A stretch of DNA of 64,000 bases from the NCBI GenBank assembly GCA_965223295.1, contig CBDCWC010000003.1, forward strand, positions 384,001 through 448,000, given 5' to 3'. This DNA is from Nitrospirales bacterium (GTDB lineage: Bacteria > Nitrospirota > Nitrospiria > Nitrospirales > UBA8639). The translations under genes and the position numbers were made by a program. Within the stretch, counting starts at the first letter, position 1. Every line of letters starts with the position of its first letter. The notes under the pieces are model-generated. The model was not told where the DNA came from. It was given only the letters and a program-made list of their open reading frames with translations, and made no database searches. Below, one piece after another: positions 38,988 to 49,840 of the stretch.

Positions 38988-39737
38988 ATGAAGCGGTTTA
39001 TCGTTGGCAACTGGAAAATGCACAATACCATTACCCAGGCTGAAGCACTTGTTCGAGAAATTCTCGCGATTCACCGGGCGGATTCGTCTATCGAGTTGGC
39101 CGTGGCACCACCCTATGTGGCGCTTCACGCGGTACAAAAGCTCTTGGCTGCCACCCCGATACAATTAGTGGCCCAAAACATGTCCGCAAAAGACGAAGGC
39201 GCATTCACAGGAGAAATTTCGCCTCTCATGCTGAAAGAGCTTGGCTGCTACTATGTGATTATCGGGCATTCAGAACGCCGCCATCTTTTTGGAGAAACAG
39301 ATCAAATCATTAATGAGAAAATTCATGCGGCGCTTCGTCATGATCTGCAACCCATCTTTTGTGTGGGAGAACGCCTGGAAGAACGCGATGCTGGACAGAC
39401 TCAGTTTGTGATTGAACAACAGTTACAAACGGGATTGGCAGGGCTGACAGCCAAAGATGCGAAGAACATGACCATTGCGTATGAACCGGTCTGGGCCATC
39501 GGAACCGGCCGGGCAGCCACCGTGGAACAAGCCACTGAAGTCCATGCGGCAATCCGATCATCGTTAGCAGACACATGGAAGGTGAATACTGACTCCCTGA
39601 GAATCCTCTATGGTGGCAGTGTCTCAGCTGAAAATGCCCCGGCTCTTTTTCAATCTCCTCAAATTAACGGAGCGTTAATCGGGAAAGCTTGTTTGAATTC
39701 TCAATCCTTTGTTAAGATTGCTCAGGCTGCTGCTTAA
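38988..39737 (+). CDS. tpiA: Triosephosphate isomerase
   Basis: GNWKM, GHSERR, AYEPVWAIGTG, YGGSV. Confidence 0.98.
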   Translation: MKRFIVGNWKMHNTITQAEALVREILAIHRADSSIELAVAPPYVALHAVQKLLAATPIQLVAQNMSAKDEGAFTGEISPLMLKELGCYYVIIGHSERRHLFGETDQIINEKIHAALRHDLQPIFCVGERLEERDAGQTQFVIEQQLQTGLAGLTAKDAKNMTIAYEPVWAIGTGRAATVEQATEVHAAIRSSLADTWKVNTDSLRILYGGSVSAENAPALFQSPQINGALIGKACLNSQSFVKIAQAAA

Positions 39738-39773
39738 GATTGACACAAAAATTTCCGAGGACCCAATAAAAAG

Positions 39774-40190
39774 ATGTATACATTAGCCGTCACCATCCAT
39801 CTTATCGTGTGCTTTCTTATGATTGCTTCCATTTTGCTGCAAGCTGGTAAGGGAGCTGAAATTGGAGCATCATTTGGCGGCTCGTCTCAAACGGTCTTTG
39901 GGAGCCGCGGACCTGGAACATTTCTCAGCAAAGTGACCGTCGGTGCAGCCATCCTGTTTATGCTGACTTCATTGGGACTAGGCATACTTTCACGCCAGGC
40001 TACAACCTCGTCCACCGTTATTGATCTTCACCCGACCACCCATCAGGAATCGTCATCCGGCTCAACCACTAAAGAGCCCACGCCGGCAACACCAGACGCC
40101 AACACATCTGAATCTACAGCAACCCCAACTCCAGAAACTTCATCAGAAGCCACTCCAGAGGCCACAAGTCCTACTCCAGATCAGCCATAA
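39774..40190 (+). CDS. secG: Preprotein translocase SecG
   Basis: Two TMs with LLQAGKGA..GASFGG; follows tpiA. Confidence 0.93.
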   Translation: MYTLAVTIHLIVCFLMIASILLQAGKGAEIGASFGGSSQTVFGSRGPGTFLSKVTVGAAILFMLTSLGLGILSRQATTSSTVIDLHPTTHQESSSGSTTKEPTPATPDANTSESTATPTPETSSEATPEATSPTPDQP

Positions 40191-40294
40191 AAACTTCTTC
40201 GCCAGCAGACAGGTCCGCGCGTACTACAAAACGACTTTATTCAGCCTGAAAACCTGACTTCCGACCTGAAAAAGTTAGGGCAATACAGAGAATG

Positions 40295-41209
40295 TTAAAT
40301 AGGAGTGAGCCAATTGGCGTAGGTAGGATCCTCACCTCGGACAATTTTAAAAAAATCGCTTTGTAAGGCTTGGGTAATGGGTCCAGGCTTTCCTTCCCCA
40401 ATCACTCGGTCATCTAGCTCTCTAACCGGCGTGACTTCAGCAGCTGTTCCCGTGAAAAAAACTTCATCGGCCACATACATGGCATCTCGAGTAAACCGTT
40501 CTTCAACCACCGAAATATTTTTAGCACGCGCCAATGCCAGCACAGCATTACGGGTAATCCCATCAAGAATCGAAGTTAATGGAGTGGTCTTCAGCACACC
40601 CTTCGTCACAATAAACACATTTTCACCAGTCCCTTCGGCAACGTAACCTTCAGGGTCAAGGAGAATGCATTCTTCATATCCTGATTTTATGGCTTCCCAT
40701 TTCGCCAGAATAGAGTTCACGTAGTAGCCTGAAACCTTAGCCCGGGTCATGGAGACATTCACGTGATGCCGGGTGAACGAAGAAATTTTGGCTCGAATCC
40801 CTTGCGCCAACGCCTCTTCACCCAAATACGACCCCCATGGCCATGCTGCAATCGACACGCAAGTGGGATTATCCCCGGGGTAAATGCCCATGGCTCCAAT
40901 GCCCACATAGGCAATCGGCCGAATATAGCAAGAAGCCAGCTCATTGACACGAACAGTTTCGATGATCGCGTTGGTGACTTCTTTTTTCGTGAACGGTATG
41001 GGCATCAAGGTAATGTGGGCAGACTCAAACAAACGATCAACATGTTCCTGCAGACGAAAAATAGCCGACCCTTGCTTGCCTTCATAACACCGAATGCCCT
41101 CAAACGCAGCCAAACCATAATGCAGCGAATGCGTGAGAACATGGACGGTTGCCTCATCCCAATCCACAAATTTGCCATCCATCCAAATCTTTTTTGATGC
41201 AGTGACCAT
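40295..41209 (-). CDS. ilvE: Branched-chain amino acid aminotransferase
   Basis: [33 protein letters not shown]. Confidence 0.96.
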   Translation of the reverse strand: MVTASKKIWMDGKFVDWDEATVHVLTHSLHYGLAAFEGIRCYEGKQGSAIFRLQEHVDRLFESAHITLMPIPFTKKEVTNAIIETVRVNELASCYIRPIAYVGIGAMGIYPGDNPTCVSIAAWPWGSYLGEEALAQGIRAKISSFTRHHVNVSMTRAKVSGYYVNSILAKWEAIKSGYEECILLDPEGYVAEGTGENVFIVTKGVLKTTPLTSILDGITRNAVLALARAKNISVVEERFTRDAMYVADEVFFTGTAAEVTPVRELDDRVIGEGKPGPITQALQSDFFKIVRGEDPTYANWLTPI

Positions 41210-41383
41210 AGACGAATATTTTCCTAATCTTTTTGAATAAGAATTACCGTTTTCGTACCCGGCCAAATACAAATATGACAGGGTGATTGTTTATGTTTCG
41301 GTGGAGCAGATGGTATACTAAAATCTTGACTTAAATGTAAACATACTGGCAAAATGAATGTTTTGTTAAGGAGTAACCATACC

Positions 41384-41698
41384 ATGTATGCGATCATAGA
41401 AACAGGTGGAAAACAATATCGGGCAGAGCCACAAGGCCTCTTACAAATTGAATCTGTGCCCGGCGATGTGGGAAGCACCGTTGAGTTTGATGCGGTACGG
41501 TTCGTTCAGACCGGTGAAGCTCCCCTCGTTGGCACCCCGACCATTCCACAGGCCTTGGTCAAGGCTGAAATTGTTCGACATGCCCGAACCCGGTCCATGA
41601 CGGTTTTCAAGAAGAAACGCCGCAAAGGCTACCGCCGAACGAGGGGGCACAGACAAGGCTTTACACAAGTACGTATTACAGAGATCGTTACCCCCTAA
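41384..41698 (+). CDS. rplU: 50S ribosomal protein L21
   Basis: MYAIIETGGKQY, GHRQ. Confidence 0.98.
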   Translation: MYAIIETGGKQYRAEPQGLLQIESVPGDVGSTVEFDAVRFVQTGEAPLVGTPTIPQALVKAEIVRHARTRSMTVFKKKRRKGYRRTRGHRQGFTQVRITEIVTP

Positions 41699-41723
41699 AA
41701 TTTTCGCATTGGAGACATAATTC

Positions 41724-41978
41724 ATGGCACATAAAAAAGGTGGTGGATCCTCACGAAATGGACGAGACAGTAACCCGCAATACTTGGGTGTGAAAGCATA
41801 TGCTGGAGAAACGGTTCCTGGCGGCAGTATTTTGGTCAGGCAACGAGGGACAAAATTCTTTCCCGGCACCAATGTTGGCTTGGGAAAAGATTATACCCTG
41901 TTCGCAAAAATCACCGGCACGGTAAAGTTTGAGGGCAGCGCAGCTCGACGCAAGGTCAGCATCTATCCTTCCGCCTAA
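41724..41978 (+). CDS. rpmA: 50S ribosomal protein L27
   Basis: [16 protein letters not shown]. Confidence 0.99.
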   Translation: MAHKKGGGSSRNGRDSNPQYLGVKAYAGETVPGGSILVRQRGTKFFPGTNVGLGKDYTLFAKITGTVKFEGSAARRKVSIYPSA

Positions 41979-42033
41979 GCATTCCTTACTCCTTCCTTAG
42001 AACTCTCTTCAGGGCCGGTATGATGGCATTCTC

Positions 42034-43056
42034 ATGTTCATTGATCACGCACGCATATTCGTGAAGGCAGGAGACGGCGGATCGGGGCATTGCAGCTTCC
42101 GCCGAGAGAAATTTGTCCCCCGTGGAGGGCCTAATGGCGGAGACGGCGGCAACGGCGGCCACGTGATTTTTGAAGCGTCAAACCGTGTCTCAACTCTGCT
42201 CGATTTGCGATATCAACGCCACTACCATGCTCAATCTGGAGAACGTGGAGGGAAGTTTAATCGGCATGGTGCCAACGGGGTCAATGCAATAATCCAGGTT
42301 CCTGTGGGAACGTTAGTGAAGGTCGAGGCAACAGGCGAGACCCTTGTCGATCTCATCACTGATGGACAGACCGCCATTGTTGCACACGGTGGAAAAGGTG
42401 GAAAAGGCAATGCCCGTTATGTGACCTCGACCAATCAAGCCCCACGAGATTTTGAACCAGGCACACCTGGGCAAGAACACTGGTTACAATTAGAGTTAAA
42501 ACTCCTCGCCGATGTCGGACTGGTTGGGTTTCCCAATGCAGGCAAATCAACATTGATTTCATCCATCACTTCAGCCCACCCAGAAATAGGGCATTATCCA
42601 TTTACCACGTTACGCCCTCACCTTGGAGTCGTCGAATGGACAGACGATTTATCATTTGTCGTCGCCGATATTCCAGGGTTAATTGAAGGCGCGCACGAAG
42701 GCAAAGGGCTTGGCATTCAATTTCTTAAACATATACAGCGAACGGCTCTCTTACTCTATGTAATTGATATCACTGAATGGATTGAAGAAAGCCCTGTCAC
42801 CACATTGGAAACCTTAAGAAACGAACTACAGGCGTTTGACACCGCTTTACTTGAACGTCCTTTTGCCATTGCTGCGACAAAAATCGACTCCAAAGGCAAT
42901 GGGCAGCACCTCCACACGCTTCAAATGTATTGCGCCAAACAGGACTATCCGTGTTTTCCTCTTTCGGCGGTAACCAAAGAAGGCCTTTCCCCATTGCTCA
43001 CCTACTTAGGACAGACCGTCCTAGAGACTAAGGCATCATGCACCAGCAACTGCTAA
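42034..43056 (+). CDS. obgE: GTPase ObgE
   Basis: GGPNGGDGG, GFPNAGKST, YPFTT, DIPG. Confidence 0.98.
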   Translation: MFIDHARIFVKAGDGGSGHCSFRREKFVPRGGPNGGDGGNGGHVIFEASNRVSTLLDLRYQRHYHAQSGERGGKFNRHGANGVNAIIQVPVGTLVKVEATGETLVDLITDGQTAIVAHGGKGGKGNARYVTSTNQAPRDFEPGTPGQEHWLQLELKLLADVGLVGFPNAGKSTLISSITSAHPEIGHYPFTTLRPHLGVVEWTDDLSFVVADIPGLIEGAHEGKGLGIQFLKHIQRTALLLYVIDITEWIEESPVTTLETLRNELQAFDTALLERPFAIAATKIDSKGNGQHLHTLQMYCAKQDYPCFPLSAVTKEGLSPLLTYLGQTVLETKASCTSNC

Positions 43057-44162
43057 CCACATGCAAACGTGTGGTCGTAAAAATTGGCAGCAGCCTTGTC
43101 GCCTCTTCTGAGGGAGGACTTCACCGAGACCGCATTGCCCGGCTCGCCAAAGAATTTGCTGCGTTACAGTCCAATAATAAAGAACTCGTGATCGTGTCGT
43201 CTGGAGCCATCGTCGCGGGCATTGCACATTTAGAGTTAGACGCATACCCTCAGGAGCTGCCTCTTCGACAGGCCGCCGCCGCAGTGGGACAAAGTCGGTT
43301 ACTCCAAGCCTACGAGACGGCCTTTGAGGAATCAGGACACAAAATCGCCCAAGTCTTACTCACGCATCAAGACTTGGGAGGCCGTCGTCGATTTTTAAAC
43401 GCCCGCCATACACTGACAAAATTGATTCGACTTGGCGTCATTCCGATTATCAACGAAAATGATACCGTTTCAACCGAAGAAATTCGGTTCGGCGACAATG
43501 ATGCTCTGGCTGGACAAATCGCCCATCTCGTCGATGCCGATCTGCTGGTCATCTTGTCGGATGTGAATGGCTTGTATGAAGCTGATCCGCACCTGAATCC
43601 TTCTGCAAAATTCATCTCTTTCATCCCAGCCATCACCAAACACATTGAAAGTTTGGCTGGAGGATCTAGAAGCCAAGCCAGTCGTGGGGGCATGGTTACA
43701 AAAATTCAAGCTGCCAAGCAGGCTGGACGGTTTGGCGTTCCCACACTCCTGCTCAACGGTGAAACACCTCATGCCTTAGGCCAGGCATTAGAAGGAAAGC
43801 CTAGCGGGACATTTTTCGCTTCAAAACAGTCTTCACTCCCGAATCGTAAACAATGGATTGCCTTTACGCTGAGACCCAAGGGAGAGATCATGTTGGACGA
43901 AGGAGCCGTCACAGCACTTGTCCTTCGCGGCAAAAGCTTATTAGCGTCTGGCATTCTCAACGTTAACGGTACATTTCTTAATGGTGACCCTGTCAGTTGC
44001 ACGACAGAAGAAGGCATCGTATTCGCTCAGGGCCTCACCAACTATTCAGCTGAAACTCTCCAACGGATCAAGGGCAAACACACATCAGCCATTCAGCAGC
44101 TCTTGGGAACCCTGGAATATAAAGAAGTCATACATCGTGACAATCTCGCTTTAACACCATAA
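43038..44162 (+). CDS. proB: Glutamate 5-kinase
   Basis: VVKIGSS, INENDTV, FGDND, PUA domain. Confidence 0.97.
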   Translation: MHQQLLTTCKRVVVKIGSSLVASSEGGLHRDRIARLAKEFAALQSNNKELVIVSSGAIVAGIAHLELDAYPQELPLRQAAAAVGQSRLLQAYETAFEESGHKIAQVLLTHQDLGGRRRFLNARHTLTKLIRLGVIPIINENDTVSTEEIRFGDNDALAGQIAHLVDADLLVILSDVNGLYEADPHLNPSAKFISFIPAITKHIESLAGGSRSQASRGGMVTKIQAAKQAGRFGVPTLLLNGETPHALGQALEGKPSGTFFASKQSSLPNRKQWIAFTLRPKGEIMLDEGAVTALVLRGKSLLASGILNVNGTFLNGDPVSCTTEEGIVFAQGLTNYSAETLQRIKGKHTSAIQQLLGTLEYKEVIHRDNLALTP

Positions 44163-44175
44163 AAACATTCAACCC

Positions 44176-44838
44176 ATGTTTGTTGGTCTCCTAGGCGGCA
44201 GTTTCAACCCCATTCACAACGGGCACTTGCACATTGCCAACTCGGTATACAGAACCATGTCACTCGACAAGGTGCTCTTCATTCCTACCGGCGACCCTCC
44301 CCATAAACCCGCCTCATCTTTAGCCCCCGCTCATCATCGAGTAGCCATGGTAAAATTGGCCACGGAAGCCATTGAACATTTTATAGTGGATGACCAGGAA
44401 GCCTTCTCACCGCATATATCCTATAGCATCGATACCGTGACCCGGCTTCAACACACCTTCCCAACCGGAACGAAGCTTGGATTTATCATTGGCCTGGATG
44501 CTTTTCTAGAGTTTGAAAGCTGGAAGCAGGCTACGGAGCTACTTGAAATATGTCAGATGATTGTGTGTTCCAGGCCACAAGCGGCTTTCGTACAACTACG
44601 CAATCTGTCAATTTTGCCGTCTATTCCACAACCTAGCCTCCAGGCCCTTGATGAGGGAACCCATGAGCGCCTGGATATCACGTTGCCCTCAAGAGGTTTG
44701 GTGACTCTATTATCCTTCCTACCCTGTGAGGTGTCAGCCACTGAGATTCGAAACCGAATTGCGCGCAAACAGCCAGTCGAACATTGGTTGCCGCCTTCCG
44801 TGGAGTCCTATATAATTCAGCACGAAGTTTATCCATGA
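44176..44838 (+). CDS. nadD: Nicotinate-nucleotide adenylyltransferase
   Basis: GGSFNPIHNGH, PPHK, SATEIR. Confidence 0.97.
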   Translation: MFVGLLGGSFNPIHNGHLHIANSVYRTMSLDKVLFIPTGDPPHKPASSLAPAHHRVAMVKLATEAIEHFIVDDQEAFSPHISYSIDTVTRLQHTFPTGTKLGFIIGLDAFLEFESWKQATELLEICQMIVCSRPQAAFVQLRNLSILPSIPQPSLQALDEGTHERLDITLPSRGLVTLLSFLPCEVSATEIRNRIARKQPVEHWLPPSVESYIIQHEVYP

Positions 44839-45248
44839 GCCGCACAACCCCACCCAAACCATCCCGTTCCCCGGAACAAGCCATCTTCATCGCACAAGCG
44901 GCTAACGAGAAAAAAGCCGGCGACGTATTGGTGCTAGAAGTTGGAGATCTCACTTCTATTGCTGATTTTTTCATCTTTGCCTCAGGTGAATCGGAACGGC
45001 AGGTACGGGGACTTACCGCATTTATTGAAAAGGAAATGGCTCTGCGATATCACACACATCCCGTCATTGAAGGGAAAGAGACCGCCAACTGGGTACTACT
45101 GGATTATGGGGATATCATCGTCCATATTTTTCGATCTGATATCAGACAGTATTATGCTTTGGAAAAGATGTGGGCCGATGCTCCCCACATTACCGTTCCA
45201 GAATCTGAACAGCCACTTGCGCCCTCACGACAACTCGTCAGCGGATAA
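44835..45248 (+). CDS. rsfS: Ribosome silencing factor
   Basis: WVLLDYGDIIVHIF...YYALEKMW; ATGA overlap with nadD. Confidence 0.95.
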   Translation: MSRTTPPKPSRSPEQAIFIAQAANEKKAGDVLVLEVGDLTSIADFFIFASGESERQVRGLTAFIEKEMALRYHTHPVIEGKETANWVLLDYGDIIVHIFRSDIRQYYALEKMWADAPHITVPESEQPLAPSRQLVSG

Positions 45249-45274
45249 TACGAGACTTACACAGGAGAAGCCCC

Positions 45275-46237
45275 ATGACTTGCTTCCAAGAGTTAGCAGA
45301 TCGGGTCCTCGATGGATCATTACCCACACGTCACGAAGCCTTAGATATACTAGCTACACCTCAAAGCAAACTCTTAGACCTGGTCAATGCCGCCTATAAG
45401 ATTCGGTCACGATATTTTGGCAACACCGTTCGTCTGCAAATGCTCTTGAATGCCAAAAGTGGGGCATGCCAAGAAGATTGCCATTACTGCTCACAATCCA
45501 CAATCTCCGATGCTCCGATTGACCGCTATGCCTTGTTGACACCAGAAAAAATGATGGAAGGCGCTCGCCGCGCCGCAGAGGCCAAAGCCCAACGCTATTG
45601 CATCGTCATTAGCGGCCGTTCACCCTTGCAATCAGAAATCACCCAAATATCCAGCGCTGTCAAAAAAATCAAAAACGAAATCCCCATTCAAATCTGTTGT
45701 TCATTAGGACTACTCAATGGCGAACAAGCTAGTCAGCTAAAAGAGGCCGGTGTGGATCGCATCAATCACAACCTCAACACCAGTGAAACGTTTCATCCGT
45801 CCATTTGCACCACCCATACCTACCAAGATCGACTGGATACGTTAAAGCATGCACGAGCGGCAGGACTGGAACTCTGTAGTGGAGGAATAGTCGGGATGGG
45901 TGAAAAAGATGAAGACTTAGTGGATCTAGCACTCGCGTTGAAAGAAGTTCAACCTGATTCGATCCCACTCAATATGCTCTACCCTGTGGACGGCACACCT
46001 TTTGGGGAAAAAAATGATTTAACCCCAGCCCGGTGTCTCACCATCCTATGCCTCTTCCGCTTTATACACCCACAAACTGAAATTCGCGCCGCAGGTGGAC
46101 GTGAAAAAAACCTTCGTTCGCTCCAACCACTTGCCCTCTATGTGGCCGACTCGCTCTTCGTCGATGGCTATCTCACCACTGGGCCCCGGACTCGCACACC
46201 AAGAAGTTTGGAGCATGATCGATCGGACCTGGGTTAG
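45275..46237 (+). CDS. bioB: Biotin synthase (3' end apparently frameshifted near 46180)
   Basis: CQEDCHYC, NHNLNT, CSGGIVGMGE, GYLTT; the expected PGLAHQEVWSMI continues in another frame. Confidence 0.92.
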   Translation: MTCFQELADRVLDGSLPTRHEALDILATPQSKLLDLVNAAYKIRSRYFGNTVRLQMLLNAKSGACQEDCHYCSQSTISDAPIDRYALLTPEKMMEGARRAAEAKAQRYCIVISGRSPLQSEITQISSAVKKIKNEIPIQICCSLGLLNGEQASQLKEAGVDRINHNLNTSETFHPSICTTHTYQDRLDTLKHARAAGLELCSGGIVGMGEKDEDLVDLALALKEVQPDSIPLNMLYPVDGTPFGEKNDLTPARCLTILCLFRFIHPQTEIRAAGGREKNLRSLQPLALYVADSLFVDGYLTTGPRTRTPRSLEHDRSDLG

Positions 46238-46408
46238 TCCGAGCCCCAGGAATCGTCGTCGAAGTCTATCTCCTGGGAACCGCCAAACTGAAATCAACCA
46301 CCAAGACTCAGACATTCAAGAAATCCCCAACCCGAAACCTGCTCCGCCTAAACCTTTCCTGACATCAATTACTTTCCGAAGCGCCTAGCAACCTTCCTCC
46401 CTTTTGTA

Positions 46409-47458
46409 AGAGGAGGACTTCTTGAGTCGCCAGAGGCGGAAGATATTGTCTCGCCAAGCTCCACACCCATCTATACTGAAGCAAATACCTTGGGCCTTGA
46501 GAAACCCTACAAAGACGAGACTGGTGAACTGACTCCCTTGATCAGTATTCAAGATGTTCGGTGTCCCATATTGAGTGACGGCCTCTGCAACCACCTCATG
46601 ACAGAACTGGACGTCCATGGTAATTGACCTGCGCCAGGCAAGGACGCGGCGCGTAGACCAATCGACCACGGCCACCAAGGAGACAAAGCCTTGGGCCAGC
46701 GGGATATACGTGATATCCATGGCCCAGACCTGGTTCACGCGAGTAATTGCCAGAGATCCCGCAACCAATACGGATACACCTGATGGGTTGGATGGCGCCT
46801 GTGGTTCTGGGCTTGCGATACAGGGCTTCAAACCCCATTGGAGCTTGCCCACATGCTTAGGCCCAACTGTCAGACCTTCCTGTCGCAAGAGCGCTTGAAG
46901 CATCCGGGCTCTAGCAAATGGGAACTCAAGATGCAACTGATCAATCCGATTCATGAGGCACTGGTCCACTTCGGAGATCGGCTTGGGCCGATAATGGAGA
47001 CAACTGCGGCTGATCTCCAGGATCTTCGCCTGTTTGGTTAGTGAAATCTGCTGCGTGCGGGCAATCATCGTTTTGCGCTCAGCATGTCCGCTTTGGTGAG
47101 CGCGTTTTCTAAACAATCATTTTCCTAGGTCAACTCGCCAATCTTCGCATGAAGGTTTTTCACATCAACGGGGGCCGGAGTTGACTCGCTTCCTTCAAAC
47201 ACCCCTGAGGCGCGTTCCAGGAGCAAGGTCTTCCATTGGGTAATTGGATTCGGATGGACATCGAAACGTTGAGCGAGTTCCGCCACTGTCTGCTCGCCCT
47301 TGATGGCGGCCAGGGCCACTTTGGCCTTAAAGACGGGGGAATGGTTCCGCCTAGGTCGTCTGCTCATAACTATGCTCCTTTCATCAGTAGCCGGATCATG
47401 CCACCTTGTGCGGAGCCTATCCTCTTAAGCCCTTGTGCAGTTTCTTGGGACCACCTCT
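46409..47458 (-). mobile_element. Degenerate IS3-family insertion sequence (orfA 47125-47367, broken orfB)
   Basis: RRNHSPVFKAKVALAAIKG HTH; NQVWAMDITY, NTDQGSQFTS, GAWRDN DDE motifs; end sequence gggaccacctct at 47447-47458. Confidence 0.9.
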
Positions 47459-47837
47459 GCCGTATGGTCTGCAACATTCGGCGAGTCGTGCCTTCAGCAA
47501 ACACATCCTCGAGCCGGGCTCCGAGGAGCGTGTGGCCCCCAACGAAATGCCCGTGAACGGGCAGCGGAAAGGCGCAATCGACATAGACACCCTGCGTATT
47601 CCAGAGAAAGATTTTGTGGGGTGCGGAGGGCACGCGATGGTTTGTGGCTCCCAGTTGGTACGCAGGACCGTTCCCGATGAACGAGGTCTCGTGCGAAGAA
47701 CGCAACCTCTTTCGTTCCATCACAACCTCACAATCTTTCTGAATCTCTTCAGCAACATTCCGGGCGAGATGACGCAACGACACCACCGAATCAACACTTC
47801 TGTCAGGAATTGCAGCAGAAGAGTCGAATAATTTCAA
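47459..47837 (-). pseudogene. Hypothetical ORF truncated by the IS3 element
   Basis: ORF 47370-47837 runs into the IS end. Confidence 0.35.
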
Positions 47838-48108
47838 CTCAGATCAAACAAACTGTCGCGTGACAGAAGAAGAACCATCCCCAACAACGATGGGGAGGAG
47901 GACAGGAAAGGAAGAGGCTGGCCAGAGCCTTCAGAGCGGTACCCAGCACATGTCAAGGCAGAACCTTGAGCGGCGTTCAGGAGCTACGACACCTTCCTAC
48001 CCTTCGAAAGGCAGAATGTTCGAACCGTTCCAACGTCGCTTCTCGCAAGGCGTTGAGCCGAGCAACAGAGAGGCGACAAGAGAAGGGAGTCGAAAATAAG
48101 TTCTTTTT

Positions 48109-48156
48109 TATCAATGAGTTGGGATGTGGCACGCCTGGAAGGACTAAGTTCGAATC
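48109..48156 (-). other. tRNA 3'-end fragment with IHF site (att-like scar)
   Basis: Minus strand tccttccaggcgtgCCA (48127-48143) = T-stem/acceptor strand plus CCA; TATCAATGAGTTG (48109-48121) matches WATCAANNNNTTR. Confidence 0.65.
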
Positions 48157-48227
48157 TTCTGTTTGATACTCTTTAAAAATGGAATAGGATCCTCCAAGGC
48201 TCTTCTAGCGATTTGGGAATATAATAT

Positions 48228-48421
48228 GGGTCTGTTGAAAAAAGCCGCCGCCTACTCCGCCGGAGTAACTCAGTAGGCTACGAAGGCCGGGAGCAGCGTT
48301 CCCTTCCCTTCGACAAGCTCAGGGCAGGACTGGACGACATTTTGGAACAGCCCCGATGTTGTTGATGCAAACCGCTTCCGGGCGAAATATGGCTTTTGAT
48401 ATCTTCCTTATTCAAACTCCC
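48228..48421 (-). mobile_element. ~190-bp MITE variant with nested small repeats
   Basis: gggtctgttgaaaaaag...ttattcaaactccc; centre replaced by 48250-48287 and 48306-48328 palindromic units; no TSD. Confidence 0.78.
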
Positions 48422-48502
48422 TTGATAATCACTCGAACTCTAAGTGCGAAGGGCTTTCAAAGAAAATGACTGCGAGGGAAACAGATGAAGAATGAGAAAC
48501 TC

Positions 48503-48895
48503 TTACAAAACAGACTGAAGTCCTAAATGTCGAACCATGGGATCGAAATCTCGATCAGCATAGAGTAAGGGGATATGGTGTTCGATGCAATAGGTCCCAA
48601 TCATCACATCAATAGTCTTTCTGACAGTTACGCCCTGCTTTCGTAATGTCCTGTAATTTTTCGCACTTTTGATGGCCAACGGCCCTCCAAGCATCGACAT
48701 AACAGGGAAGCTCTCAAGCATGCTGTGTGCCTCACGAAACTCTTGGTCTTCCTGAAAACCTTGAAGGATTTCTGTCAAGATCAGATCTCCGAGCAAAATT
48801 TCTTGGGTTCCGAGCAAAGAATCTAAGCCGTCTGTTTCTTTTGAAAGCTTTCCATTAAAGAAATCCACCCAAACTGATGTGTCGACGATGATCAT
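48503..48895 (-). CDS. vapC: VapC/PIN toxin
   Basis: IVDTSVW, EILQG, KTIDVMI, DRDF. Confidence 0.93.
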   Translation of the reverse strand: MIIVDTSVWVDFFNGKLSKETDGLDSLLGTQEILLGDLILTEILQGFQEDQEFREAHSMLESFPVMSMLGGPLAIKSAKNYRTLRKQGVTVRKTIDVMIGTYCIEHHIPLLYADRDFDPMVRHLGLQSVL

Positions 48896-49092
48896 GCTTT
48901 TTTATCAAGTCTCATCGTTTCAAGATTTCCAGTCCATTTGAGTTTTCCACGTCGACGTTTCACTTTCTCTTGGCGTTTTAGCCGAAGGAGAAGCTTTAAG
49001 CCTTCTTCCACCATGCCTTTTTTGGTTTTAATGCCTGTAACCTTTTGAACATCCGCCAGCAATTGATCATCAATGACAATGTTCGTTCGCAT
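48892..49092 (-). CDS. vapB: VapB antitoxin
   Basis: MRTNIVIDDQLL...TKK..VEEGL; ATGA overlap with vapC. Confidence 0.92.
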   Translation of the reverse strand: MRTNIVIDDQLLADVQKVTGIKTKKGMVEEGLKLLLRLKRQEKVKRRRGKLKWTGNLETMRLDKKA

Positions 49093-49577
49093 CGATGCCT
49101 CCAATTATGTGTATAATTTCATTATAGTATACACATATCATGTCCCATCAACAAACTGGCAAAAAACCTTAGCCATCTATACCAAAATCTTCACCTTAAC
49201 GCCGACACTTGCTTCCCGGCTTTCGAGACGAACACCCTAGTCATTTGGCGAACCTTGTCTGACCGCAGCGAGTTGGGACGCACTCCTCCTTCTGTCCATC
49301 CCTCCTCAAGTTGTCAGACTGGACGGCAATGGCTTCAGGTCCTTTTGCCGAAACAAAAGGACTTCGTCTCATGGGGATGAAACTCCGCAATACCAACAGC
49401 CACTGAAACACTGTAGCTGTATAAAGGAATAATCCTTCTTCCAGATCTCAAAAATACAAAAACTCAAGATAGATTCCCGATTAATCATGTCGGGAACGAC
49501 GGTGGGGAAGAATCTTTGCTTAACAAATAGGAGGAAATCTGTTGAATGGGATTCCCTCACTAGGGAGAACCGTATAG

Positions 49578-49840
49578 CTACCTCTCCTGATACACATCTC
49601 GTCTATGCTCCACTTTCACCACCACAATCATAAGCTCCTCGTCTTGAATTTCATACACGACTCGATACACACCCTGTCGCACACGATATCGTTCTTGCCC
49701 CGATAATTTCTCACTTCCCATTGGCCGAAGATCAGCAGCAAGTGCCTTGATACGGATAAGAATTCGAGAAATATCATCTCTAGGGATGGATCGAAAATCT
49801 TTGGCAACTGATTTTTAAATGTCCGCCTATAACTTGCCAT
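49578..49840 (-). pseudogene. RelE/ParE toxin, frameshifted
   Basis: MASY..TFK / SVAKDFRSIP...SEKLSGQERYRVRQGVYRVVYEI...HRRDVY in a shifted frame. Confidence 0.85.

Noticed and set aside
47860-48100. Possible integrase 3' remnant beside the tRNA fragment
   Set aside because: No catalytic motif could be read in any frame.
48127-48156. Complete tRNA gene
   Set aside because: Only the 3' end is present; no anticodon or D arm.
49200-49370. Possible structured RNA or attC site between TA modules
   Set aside because: No convincing stem or known consensus by eye.
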